64,000 bases of DNA from Deltaproteobacteria bacterium (GTDB taxonomy: Bacteria > Myxococcota_A > UBA9160 > SMWR01), in assembly GCA_032128115.1 (NCBI GenBank), contig JAQBHB010000002.1:1-64000 (forward strand), given 5' to 3'. The notes under the pieces were generated by a model. The model saw only the letters and a list, made by a program, of their open reading frames with translations. It did no database searches and was not told the origin of the DNA. The translations under genes were made by a program, and so were the position numbers. Below are positions 48,283 to 56,673 of this stretch, one piece after another; the first letter of the stretch is position 1; the number at the start of each line of letters is the position of its first letter.

Positions 48283-49254
48283 ATGGGACGCGCGATCTTC
48301 GTACGCGAAAACGGCGGACCGGAAGTGCTGCAGATCGAAGCCCACGAGGCGGCCCAGCCGGGTCCGGGCCAGGTCCGGGTACGCGTGTCTGCCGCCGGTG
48401 TCAACTTCATCGACGTCTACTTCCGCACCGGCCTGTATCCGCGACCCGTCCCCTTCGTGGCGGGACTGGAAGGAGCCGGCGTGGTGGAGGTGGTGGGCCC
48501 GGAGGTGCGGGGGCTCGCCGTGGGCGACCGCGTCGCCTGGGCCACGGCGCCCGGTTCCTACGCGAATCACGTGGTCGCGGCGGCCCAGAGCCTGATTGCG
48601 ATCCCGAACGGCGTCACCAACGCCCAGGCCGCCGCCACCATGCTGCAGGGTATGACCGCCCACTACCTGGCCCACGGCGTACGCGAAACGCGCCCGGGCG
48701 ACGTGGCCCTGGTGCACGCGGCCGCTGGCGGGACCGGGCTGCTGCTGGTGCAGACCCTGGTGGCGGCCGGTGCCACGGTGATCGGCACCTGCTCCACCGC
48801 CGAGAAGGAGGAGCTGGCCCGGGGCGCCGGGGCGAGCCACATGATCCGGTACACGGAGCAGAGCGTGCCCGACGAGGTGCGCCGCTTCACCGATGGCGAG
48901 GGCGCCCATGTGGTGTATGACGCCGTGGGGCAGAGCACCTTCGAGGGGAGCCTGCAGTCGCTGCGGCCGCGCGGCCTGCTCGCCCTGTTCGGGCAGGCCA
49001 GCGGACCGGTGCCGCCGTTCGAGCTGCGGCGCCTGAACGACATGGGCTCACTGTTCGTCACGCGCCCGTCGCTGGCCCACTACACGGCCACGCGCGCCGA
49101 GTTCGAGATGCGCGCGTCGGAGGTTCTCGGCGCGGTGGCCAAGGGAGCCCTGCAGGTCCGGATCGGCGCCGAGTTCGCTCTCGACGAGGCGGCCGAGGCC
49201 CACAGGGCCCTGGAAGGTCGGGCGACCACCGGGAAGGTGCTGCTCTACCCCTGA
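48283..49254 (+). CDS. qor: NADPH:quinone oxidoreductase (zeta-crystallin family)
   Basis: GVNFIDVYFRTGLY, QGMTAHYL, HAAAGGTG, FGQASG, GSLFVTRPSL. Confidence 0.92.
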   Translation: MGRAIFVRENGGPEVLQIEAHEAAQPGPGQVRVRVSAAGVNFIDVYFRTGLYPRPVPFVAGLEGAGVVEVVGPEVRGLAVGDRVAWATAPGSYANHVVAAAQSLIAIPNGVTNAQAAATMLQGMTAHYLAHGVRETRPGDVALVHAAAGGTGLLLVQTLVAAGATVIGTCSTAEKEELARGAGASHMIRYTEQSVPDEVRRFTDGEGAHVVYDAVGQSTFEGSLQSLRPRGLLALFGQASGPVPPFELRRLNDMGSLFVTRPSLAHYTATRAEFEMRASEVLGAVAKGALQVRIGAEFALDEAAEAHRALEGRATTGKVLLYP

Positions 49255-50723
49255 CCCGGACCCGCGGTCTGGATCAACAGCTGCCGGTAGAAGCGCACCG
49301 CGTCGCCCAGGTCTGCGATCCGCATGCGCTCGTCCATGCCGTGAACCCGGACGCGGTCGTCCACCGTGAAGGGGAAGGGCGCGAAGCGGTAGAGCGAATC
49401 GCTGACCCTGCCGTAGTGGCGGGCGTCGGTCCCCCCCAGGACCAGATAGGGAACCACCTGCGCGTCGGGAAACACCTGACGGATGGCGCGGCGCAGACTT
49501 TCGTAGGCGGGGGTGTCCACGGGGGATACGCGACTCGGGTCGCGCGGCGTGGGTCGCGGGCTGAGTTCGATCTGCACGCGTTCGTCGTTCACGCTGCTCT
49601 TCACGTGTTCCAACACGGTCTCCACCGTGTCGCCCGGCAGGAGCCGGAAATTCACCGCGGCCCGGGCCCGACGCGGCAACACGTTTTCCTTCACGCCGCC
49701 CTCGATGATGGTGGGCGCAGTGGTGGTGCGGATCATGGCGTCCAGCGAGGGCTCGCTGGCCATGGCGATCTCGAGGAGCGGGCCAAAGAGCCACAGGTTG
49801 GCCAGCACTGCCCGGAAGGGGAACGACAGCTCGGCGCCCGCCGTCTCGAGCATCACCTTCGTAGCGCCGTCGATACGGCTGGGCATGGGGCGCCGCTGCA
49901 GCACGGCCACCGCCTCGCTCAGGATCCCCACCGCAGTCTCGCGGGGAGGCGTCGAGGAGTGACCGCCCGGGGATTCCACCACCAGATCGACGGTGGCGGA
50001 GCCCTTCTCGGCGATGCCGATCAACGCCAGTCGCGCTTCCCAGCCGGGAATCGGATCGACGGCGATGGCCCCACCCTCGTCGAGCACGTACTCGACGCGG
50101 ACGCCCCGCGAGGCGAGCAGGTCGGCAATGCTGGTAGCGCCTCGGTCACCGCCCACCTCTTCGTCGTGCCCGAATGCGAGATAGACCGTGCGTTCGGGGC
50201 GGAACCCCTGTTGCAGCAGGGATTCCACCGCCTCGAGCAGGCCGAAGACGCCGCACTTGTCGTCCATGGCGCCGCGGCCCCAGACGTAGCCGTCGTCGAC
50301 AAAGCCGCCGAAGGGAGGGTGGGTCCACTCCTCGGCGGTGCCGGTCTCCACCGGAACCACGTCCAGGTGCGCTGCCAGCAGTGCAGGATCCAGGTCCGGC
50401 CGGCTGCCCCGCCAGGTGTAGAGCAGACTGAGCCCCGCCACCGTCTCGAGTTCGAGCCCGGCGTGTACGGCGGGGTAGGTCTCGCGCAGGTAGTCATGGA
50501 AGCGCCGGAATTCTCCCGCGTCGAAGCGCCCGTATTCGTAGTAGGACACGGTCTCGAAGCGGATTCCGCCGGCCATGCGCCGGGCCACGGCCGCCACGTC
50601 CACCGGAGCCGCATCGGCGGGATCGACCGCAACCCGCATCGATTCGATGCTCAGGGTGCGCAGGACGACGGTACCCACCAGGAGCAGCAGCACCGCAGCC
50701 AGACCCAGAAGAACGCGTTTCAC
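49245..50723 (-). CDS. M20 family peptidase (carboxypeptidase S / PM20D1-like), N-terminal anchor
   Basis: AHLDVVP, WGRGAMDDK, GHDEEVGG, LDEGG, GGHSS, GGTD, HGMDE. Confidence 0.92.
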   Translation of the reverse strand: MKRVLLGLAAVLLLLVGTVVLRTLSIESMRVAVDPADAAPVDVAAVARRMAGGIRFETVSYYEYGRFDAGEFRRFHDYLRETYPAVHAGLELETVAGLSLLYTWRGSRPDLDPALLAAHLDVVPVETGTAEEWTHPPFGGFVDDGYVWGRGAMDDKCGVFGLLEAVESLLQQGFRPERTVYLAFGHDEEVGGDRGATSIADLLASRGVRVEYVLDEGGAIAVDPIPGWEARLALIGIAEKGSATVDLVVESPGGHSSTPPRETAVGILSEAVAVLQRRPMPSRIDGATKVMLETAGAELSFPFRAVLANLWLFGPLLEIAMASEPSLDAMIRTTTAPTIIEGGVKENVLPRRARAAVNFRLLPGDTVETVLEHVKSSVNDERVQIELSPRPTPRDPSRVSPVDTPAYESLRRAIRQVFPDAQVVPYLVLGGTDARHYGRVSDSLYRFAPFPFTVDDRVRVHGMDERMRIADLGDAVRFYRQLLIQTAGPGQG

Positions 50724-51085
50724 GCGGGCGGACCTTCCTGCGCCTCGATGCGTGGCCGAGCGCGCGGCCGCCAGCGGTAGAGCACAAGCGACACCCGCCC
50801 CGCAGCGTCGAACGCTACACCCTCGCGCTCGAGCAGCTGGCGTTGCACCTGATCCCAGCCGGGCAGCGAGCGTGGACTCACCCCACCCCGGGCGTTGATC
50901 ACCCGGTGCCAGGGTACGCGGGCCCCATCGTCGAGGGCGTGCAGGGCGTAACCCACCTGCCGGGCGTGCCCCGCAAGCCCCGCGAGCTGCGCCACCTGTC
51001 CATACGTGGCCACGCGTCCCCGCGGAATCCGCTGCACCACCGCGTAGATGCGGTCGTAGCTCCCCTCACCCCGTCGATCCGACAT
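50720..51085 (-). CDS. Alkyltransferase-like protein (ATL/YbaZ, MGMT family)
   Basis: IPRGRVATYGQVA, ARQVG, PWHRV (Trp in place of the catalytic Cys). Confidence 0.9.
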   Translation of the reverse strand: MSDRRGEGSYDRIYAVVQRIPRGRVATYGQVAQLAGLAGHARQVGYALHALDDGARVPWHRVINARGGVSPRSLPGWDQVQRQLLEREGVAFDAAGRVSLVLYRWRPRARPRIEAQEGPPA

Positions 51086-51194
51086 CGAGCCATTGTCACC
51101 CACGGCACACCCCGGCGTCACGCGTCGTGCGCTCGCCGGAACGCCGTGATCCGCGTATCCTCGGTCGATTCCCAGCACCCAACTCCCAGGAGAT

Positions 51195-51235
51195 TCCCCA
51201 TGTCCGACCCCAGGAAGGTCCCCATGTCCGACCCC
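51195..51235. repeat. Duplicated RBS and start region (TCCCCATGTCCGACCCC x2)
   Basis: 51195-51211 and 51219-51235; gives two in-frame ATGs (MSDPRKVP-MSDP). Confidence 0.85.
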
Positions 51236-52003
51236 GTGCTGCTCGTCGAGAAGGCCGAGGGGATCGCCACCCTCACCCTGAACCGCCCCCAGGCCATGAA
51301 CGCCCTCTCGCGCGAGCTGCGCGACGCGATCTCAAACGGCTTCCGTGACCTGCAATCCGGCGGCGACGTCCGGGTGGCAATTCTCACCGGCAACGGCCGG
51401 GCCTTCTGTGCCGGCCTCGACCTGAAGGAGCTCGCCAGCACCGGCAACGACACCACCGCCAGCTTCGCAGGCGTCGACGTGATGGAGGCCATCGCCGACT
51501 TCGAGGGGCCCGTGATCGGCGCCATCAACGGCTTCGCCATCACGGGCGGTTTCGAGCTGGCGCTGGCCTGCGATCTGCTGATCGCCTCGCCGGAAGCCCG
51601 CTTCGCCGACACCCACGCGCGCGTGGGGATCCTGCCGGGCTGGGGGCTCAGCCAGAAGCTGCCGAGGCTGATCGGCATCCACCGCGCCAAGGAGCTGTCG
51701 CTGACGGGCAACTATCTCTCGGCTGCGCAGGCCGAGGCCTGGGGCCTGGTCAACCGCGTGGTTCCGGCCCCCGAGCTGCTGCCCACGTGTCGGGCACTGG
51801 CGAACGACATGCTGAGCTGCGTGCCCGAGGCGCTGCGCGGCTACAAGCGCGTGATCGACACCGGCTTCGGGACTACCTTCTCCGACGGCATGGCCTTCGA
51901 GGCAAAGGCCTCCCGCGATCACGCCCGATCGGTGACGCCGGCTATGCTGGCCGAGCGGCGCGCCGGCGTGCAGGACCGGGGCCGCAACCAGTCCAGGAGC
52001 TGA
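51224..52003 (+). CDS. Enoyl-CoA hydratase/crotonase
   Basis: LNRPQAMNAL, AFCAGLDL, AITGGFELALACD, FADTHARVG; start is 51200 or 51224. Confidence 0.93.
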   Translation: MSDPVLLVEKAEGIATLTLNRPQAMNALSRELRDAISNGFRDLQSGGDVRVAILTGNGRAFCAGLDLKELASTGNDTTASFAGVDVMEAIADFEGPVIGAINGFAITGGFELALACDLLIASPEARFADTHARVGILPGWGLSQKLPRLIGIHRAKELSLTGNYLSAAQAEAWGLVNRVVPAPELLPTCRALANDMLSCVPEALRGYKRVIDTGFGTTFSDGMAFEAKASRDHARSVTPAMLAERRAGVQDRGRNQSRS

Positions 52004-52039
52004 CACGGCGGCGCCGGCCCCATCGCCCCGGAGGACGCA

Positions 52040-52711
52040 ACGAGCATCATCATCCTGTACGGCCCCGCATCCGCTCCGTTCACGGAGAAGGTTCGCCGTG
52101 CGCTCCTGCTCAAAAAGCTGGAGTTCAAGATGCGCGAGCCCGAGGGGCCCGAAGACTACAAGCGTTGGAGTCCCAAGACGGGGCTGCTGCCGGTGCTCGA
52201 GATCGACGGCGTGCGTATCGCCGACTCCACCGACATCCTGTACGCGCTGGACGAGCGCTTTCCCGAGCCGCCGCTGCTGTCGTCCGACAGCAAGGTGGCC
52301 GAGCAGCAACGGCAGCTGGAGGACTGGGCCGACGAGTCGTTCCTCTGGTACTTCCTGGCGTTCTTTCGCGGCCCCGGGCGCGTCATCCCGGTGGAGGAGA
52401 GCGAGCGCAGGCGCACGCGTCGGATGCCCCGCTTCCTGCGCCGGATGCTGGCGTGGCTGCGCTCGGGCGGCACCTGGGAGCGGCCGGAGACGGCCCTGGT
52501 GCGCGGCCTCGGCGACCGCCTCGACGATCTGGTGAACTTCCTGGGCGCCCGGCCCTTCTTCCACTCGGACCGGGTGAGCATGGCCGACCTGGCCGTCTAC
52601 GGAATGCTCCACTCCATGCGCCGCGACTCGATCCCGGGCTCGGCCGGCATGCTGACCGGACGCCCCGCCCTCGTGGAATTCATGCACCGCCTGGAAGCCG
52701 AAACCGGCTAG
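52040..52711 (+). CDS. Glutathione S-transferase family protein (probable non-canonical start)
   Basis: ILYG...PFTEKVRRAL..K, LPVL, DSTDI, SMADLAVYG; the N-terminal motif lies upstream of the first ATG (52130). Confidence 0.8.
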   Translation, partial: TSIIILYGPASAPFTEKVRRALLLKKLEFKMREPEGPEDYKRWSPKTGLLPVLEIDGVRIADSTDILYALDERFPEPPLLSSDSKVAEQQRQLEDWADESFLWYFLAFFRGPGRVIPVEESERRRTRRMPRFLRRMLAWLRSGGTWERPETALVRGLGDRLDDLVNFLGARPFFHSDRVSMADLAVYGMLHSMRRDSIPGSAGMLTGRPALVEFMHRLEAETG

Positions 52712-53046
52712 GCGAGGGCTTCCGTCTTGGCGGCGAACACGAAGTCGCTCTCGGTGAGACCGTTGATGGTGTGAGTCCAGATCACCACCTTCACGCGGCC
52801 CCAGGCCAGGTGGATGTCCGGGTGGTGCGATTGTTCTTCGGCCAGCCCCCCCACCCGATTGGTGAAGCTGAGCGCCTCGCGAAAGTCCGCGAAGCGGTAC
52901 TCCTTTTCCAGATGATGGGATTCGATGACGGACCAGCCTGCGCCGAGCTGCTCACGCAGTGCGGCCAGGGCGTCGCCCGCCAACGGGGGCACGTTCCGCC
53001 TGCAAGGCACGCATTTCCCGGCTGCGAGTTCGTCACGGCCGCCCAT
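52708..53046 (-). CDS. phhB: Pterin-4-alpha-carbinolamine dehydratase
   Basis: KCVPC, AEEQSHHPDI, WTHTINGLTESDF. Confidence 0.92.
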   Translation of the reverse strand: MGGRDELAAGKCVPCRRNVPPLAGDALAALREQLGAGWSVIESHHLEKEYRFADFREALSFTNRVGGLAEEQSHHPDIHLAWGRVKVVIWTHTINGLTESDFVFAAKTEALA

Positions 53047-53052
53047 CGCGCC

Positions 53053-53070
53053 AGCATACCGGGTTATGAT
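53053..53070. promoter_or_regulatory. Back-to-back -10 elements for divergent, probably leaderless phhB and nth
   Basis: TATGCT (minus, 53058-53053) is 6 nt before the phhB ATG; TATGAT (53065-53070) is 9 nt before the nth GTG; no SD in the 33-bp gap. Confidence 0.55.
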
Positions 53071-53079
53071 TCGCGCGTC

Positions 53080-53730
53080 GTGACCCGATCCCAAAAGGCC
53101 CGGAAGATCCAGGAGATCCTGGACGCGCTGTACCCGGAGACGGAGATTCCGCTGCGCCACCGCGACCCGTACACGCTGCTGGTGGCGGTGCTGCTCTCGG
53201 CCCAGTGCACCGACAAGCGCGTGAACGAGATCACGCCCCAGCTGTTCTCGCTGGCCTCGAAGCCCGAGCAGATGGCGCGGCTCTCGGTGCAAGAGATCCA
53301 GCGCATCATCCGCCCCTGCGGGTTGGCTCCGGCGAAGGCGCGCGCCATCAAGTCGCTCTCGCAGATCCTGTTGGACGAGCACCAGGGCAAGGTGCCCGAT
53401 TCGTTCGAGGCTCTGGAGGCGCTGCCGGGCGTGGGCCACAAGACAGCCAGCGTCGTGATGTCCCAGGCGTTCGGAAGGCCCGCCTTCCCCGTGGACACCC
53501 ACATCCACCGACTCGCCGCACGCTGGGGCCTCTCCAACGGGCGCACCGTCGAGCAGACCGAGCGCGACCTGAAAAAGCTCTTCGATCCCGAGGAGTGGGG
53601 CCGCGTGCACCTGCAGCTGATCTACTTCGGCCGCGAATACTGCCCGGCTCGCGGCCACGACCTGTCGGAATGCCCCGTCTGCGGCTGGGCTGCTTCGAAG
53701 GCCCGCATCTCGCGGGAAGCGAATCGGTAG
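53080..53730 (+). CDS. nth: Endonuclease III
   Basis: LLSAQCTD, HhH LPGVGHKTA, PVDTHIHR, GREYCPAR...CPVC. Confidence 0.95.
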   Translation: MTRSQKARKIQEILDALYPETEIPLRHRDPYTLLVAVLLSAQCTDKRVNEITPQLFSLASKPEQMARLSVQEIQRIIRPCGLAPAKARAIKSLSQILLDEHQGKVPDSFEALEALPGVGHKTASVVMSQAFGRPAFPVDTHIHRLAARWGLSNGRTVEQTERDLKKLFDPEEWGRVHLQLIYFGREYCPARGHDLSECPVCGWAASKARISREANR

Positions 53731-53742
53731 TTTTCTGGACTG

Positions 53743-56313
53743 TCAGGTTCCGATTCGCCGCAGAACGATCAGCGGACCCACGGGATTCTTCTCCCATGTG
53801 AGGTCGATCTCCGTGTGGAGCGCCCAGAGGTCGTCGCCCTTCGGGTCGGCCAACACCTGGGTAACGTCCCAGGTGCGGGGAGATGTGCGCACCAGGCGCG
53901 TGCGGTCGTTCCGGCGCGCGTCGGGAGTGAAGACGATGTGCTCATACTCCTCGAAGAAGCGCGCGAGCTCTCCCTGGAAGCGACTGGCGTCCCACCCGTC
54001 GTCCGGATCCTGGCGCACACCCGCGGCGGCCGCTTCGTAATCGCCGGCGGCCAGCGCCCTCACCAGGGCGTGCAGCTCGGATCGCACGCGCGCCACCAGC
54101 AGGCGCTCCTGGCGTGCCAGATCGAGAACCGGCGGCGCCATCGGTGCGGCGTCTCGCACCGGGCGGCCCTGGGGTTCGAGCAGGCTCTCCCAGGTCTCCA
54201 CCAGACTCGAGTCGACCGCCGCCAGCAACGTGCGCAGGAAGGCGATCACCTCGATCACCGACTCGCGGCGCGCCCACTCGGGCACGCTCTTCACCAGGAC
54301 GTTGTGCACCTGGCTCAGATACCGCAGCAGAAGCCCCTCACTGCGCGCCACGCCGTACTCGCGAATGAAGTCGTTGAAGCCGAGGCAGGCCTCGAACATC
54401 TCACGAGCCACGCTCTTGGGGTGGATGGCCTCCTCGCGCAGCCACGGGTGGGCCTCGGCGAATATCGCCCAGGTGGCGTGCAGGAACTCGGCTTCGGGTT
54501 GCGGGTGGGAGACGCGATCGAGCTGCGTGATGCGCTCTTCGTAGGGCACGCCCTCGGCCTTGAGACGCGCGAGCAGCGCGCGTTTCGCCTTGTTCACCTG
54601 GGCCCACAGAAGGGGCCGCGGATCGTCGACGATGGCCTCCACCAGCGAGAGGACCTGCAGGGCGTAGTCGGACGCGTCGGGATCGAGGGCAGCCACGGCC
54701 TCCACCAGGTAGAGCGACAGGGTGTGGTGGAGCGAGAAATCGACCTGCAGGTCCTCGTCCACCCAGACCCGGCCCGGCGAGCCGTCGAAACCAGCCGCGA
54801 GCTTGACGACGCCGGCGCGGCGCAGGGAGCGGAAGAGCGCCGCCGCGCGGCGGCGCAGAACCTTCTTCGACGCCGGGCTTCCGTGGCTGAGATCGATCAG
54901 CTCTGCCAACGCGCCGTAGCCACCGCGGCGCTCCTCGCCCACACCTTCGCGCTGGAGAATCGCCACCAGCATGCCGTGGCCCACGTCGAACACGGGCCGC
55001 AGCATTTCGGGAGGCGTCTCGATCAGGCGCTCGAAGGTGTCCCCGTTCCAGGCCACGAAGTTCCGCGGGGCGGGCACCTTTCTGGGGTTCTTGCGCTTCG
55101 AGCCCGCGGCCGACGCCCGCGCCGACGCGCGCTTGTTCTCGATGATGTGCTCGGGCGCCTGACACACCACGCTGCCGTGTTCGTCGAAGCCCTTGCGCCC
55201 CGCCCGGCCCGCGATCTGCTTGAACTCGCGCACGCCCAGGATCGACACCTTCTCGCCGTCGAACTTGCTGAGCCTCGTGAAAACCACGGTGCGGATGGGG
55301 ATGTTGACGCCAACACCGAGCGTGTCGGTTCCACAGATCACCTTCAGCAGCCCCTGCTGGGCCAGCTGTTCCACCAGCAGGCGATACCGGGGCAGCAGGC
55401 CCGCGTGATGCACGCCGATGCCCGCGCGCACGAAGCGCTGGAACTCCTTGCCGTATGCCGAGTCGAAGCGAACACCTTCGAGTGTCCTGGCAAGAGTCTG
55501 CCTCTCCTCGCGACTCGTGACCTTCGTGCTGGTGAGCCCCTGGGCGCGTTCGGCGCACTCGCGCTGGGTGAAGCCCACCACGTAGACGGGAATCCGGCCG
55601 GATTCGATCAGGGATTCGATGGTGTCGTGCAGCGGCGTCTCGCGGTACTCGAAGTCGAGCGGCACCGGGCGCTCGTCAGAGAAGACCGAAGCCACGTCGC
55701 GGCCGCTGCGCTCGCGCAAGCGCGACTCGATCACGGCCGTGTTGCCAAGGGTGGCCGACATGAGCAGGAAGCGGGTGTGCGGGAGCGCCAGCAGCGGGAT
55801 CTGCCAGGCCGACCCCCGGCCGGGGTCGCCGTAGAAGTGGAATTCATCCATCACCACGTACGGAACCGCCAGGTGCTCGCCCCAGTGCATGCACATCTGC
55901 GAGAGCACCTCCGTGGTGCAGCACACGACGGGCGCGTCCGGGTTGATGCTGGCATCGCCGGTGAGCATGCCCACGTGGGTCGCACCCAGGTCCTCGCACA
56001 GGGCGAAGAACTTCTCGCTCACGAGCGCCTTGGTGGGAGCCGTGTAGAACGAGCGCCGATCTTCGCAGAGCGCCTTGAAGTGGAGGCCCAGGGCCACCAG
56101 CGACTTGCCCGAGCCCGTGGGCGTGTTCAACACCACGTGGCGATCGGCCATCAGCTCGAGAAGCGCTTCTTCCTGGTGGGCAAAAGGTTCGAGCCCCGTG
56201 TCCGCCACCCACTCGAGGAAGGCCCCGAGGATCTCGACGGGATCCCGGGCGCCGCCGCTCGGGATCCGCGCGGCCAGGGAGGGGCGCTCCGGAGTGTCGT
56301 CTGCTTCCGCCAT
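53743..56313 (-). CDS. Ski2-like DEAD/DEAH helicase with DUF3516-type C-terminus
   Basis: TPTGSGKS, PTKAL, DEFH, SAT, HHAG, TDTLGVGVN, QIAGRAGR. Confidence 0.92.
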   Translation of the reverse strand: MAEADDTPERPSLAARIPSGGARDPVEILGAFLEWVADTGLEPFAHQEEALLELMADRHVVLNTPTGSGKSLVALGLHFKALCEDRRSFYTAPTKALVSEKFFALCEDLGATHVGMLTGDASINPDAPVVCCTTEVLSQMCMHWGEHLAVPYVVMDEFHFYGDPGRGSAWQIPLLALPHTRFLLMSATLGNTAVIESRLRERSGRDVASVFSDERPVPLDFEYRETPLHDTIESLIESGRIPVYVVGFTQRECAERAQGLTSTKVTSREERQTLARTLEGVRFDSAYGKEFQRFVRAGIGVHHAGLLPRYRLLVEQLAQQGLLKVICGTDTLGVGVNIPIRTVVFTRLSKFDGEKVSILGVREFKQIAGRAGRKGFDEHGSVVCQAPEHIIENKRASARASAAGSKRKNPRKVPAPRNFVAWNGDTFERLIETPPEMLRPVFDVGHGMLVAILQREGVGEERRGGYGALAELIDLSHGSPASKKVLRRRAAALFRSLRRAGVVKLAAGFDGSPGRVWVDEDLQVDFSLHHTLSLYLVEAVAALDPDASDYALQVLSLVEAIVDDPRPLLWAQVNKAKRALLARLKAEGVPYEERITQLDRVSHPQPEAEFLHATWAIFAEAHPWLREEAIHPKSVAREMFEACLGFNDFIREYGVARSEGLLLRYLSQVHNVLVKSVPEWARRESVIEVIAFLRTLLAAVDSSLVETWESLLEPQGRPVRDAAPMAPPVLDLARQERLLVARVRSELHALVRALAAGDYEAAAAGVRQDPDDGWDASRFQGELARFFEEYEHIVFTPDARRNDRTRLVRTSPRTWDVTQVLADPKGDDLWALHTEIDLTWEKNPVGPLIVLRRIGT

Positions 56314-56364
56314 GGGTTCGACGACCGACGATACCGCCACCCCGGCCTGCCGCCGAGTTCGGCC

Positions 56365-56673
56365 TCAGGAGCCGCGGGCGTGCTCCTCGTTGCGGATGCG
56401 GAAATCGTGCGCCGCGAAGGCGAGCGCGAGCACCATCGCCCCCGCGAGCCCGGCTTCTACCCAGCGGCTGGCACCACCGCTTCCGACGATCGCGAGCTCC
56501 AGGACCCTGGTGATGAGGATCATCCCCTCCCCTCCTGCGACGACCAGGGTCAGGTCGCGGGCCCAGCGCGGAGGCGGCTGATCGGCAGTCTGGCGACGCC
56601 GTGCGATCGATACGGCGACCACCACCCCGGCCAGACCCAGCACGACGAACGTGATCATGGAGAAACTAGACAT
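56365..56673 (-). CDS. Small 3-TM membrane protein, candidate Rhs immunity protein
   Basis: 102 aa with three hydrophobic segments; ATG overlaps the Rhs stop by 8 nt. Confidence 0.6.
   Translation of the reverse strand: MSSFSMITFVVLGLAGVVVAVSIARRRQTADQPPPRWARDLTLVVAGGEGMILITRVLELAIVGSGGASRWVEAGLAGAMVLALAFAAHDFRIRNEEHARGS

Noticed and set aside
52001..52003. Selenocysteine read-through of the crotonase TGA
   Set aside because: The TGA is at the normal crotonase C-terminus, not a catalytic position, and no clear SECIS-like hairpin was recognised.
53743..56313. Helicase as part of an anti-phage defence system
   Set aside because: Looks like the stand-alone DUF3516 helicase; no nuclease, methylase or other defence partner is adjacent.
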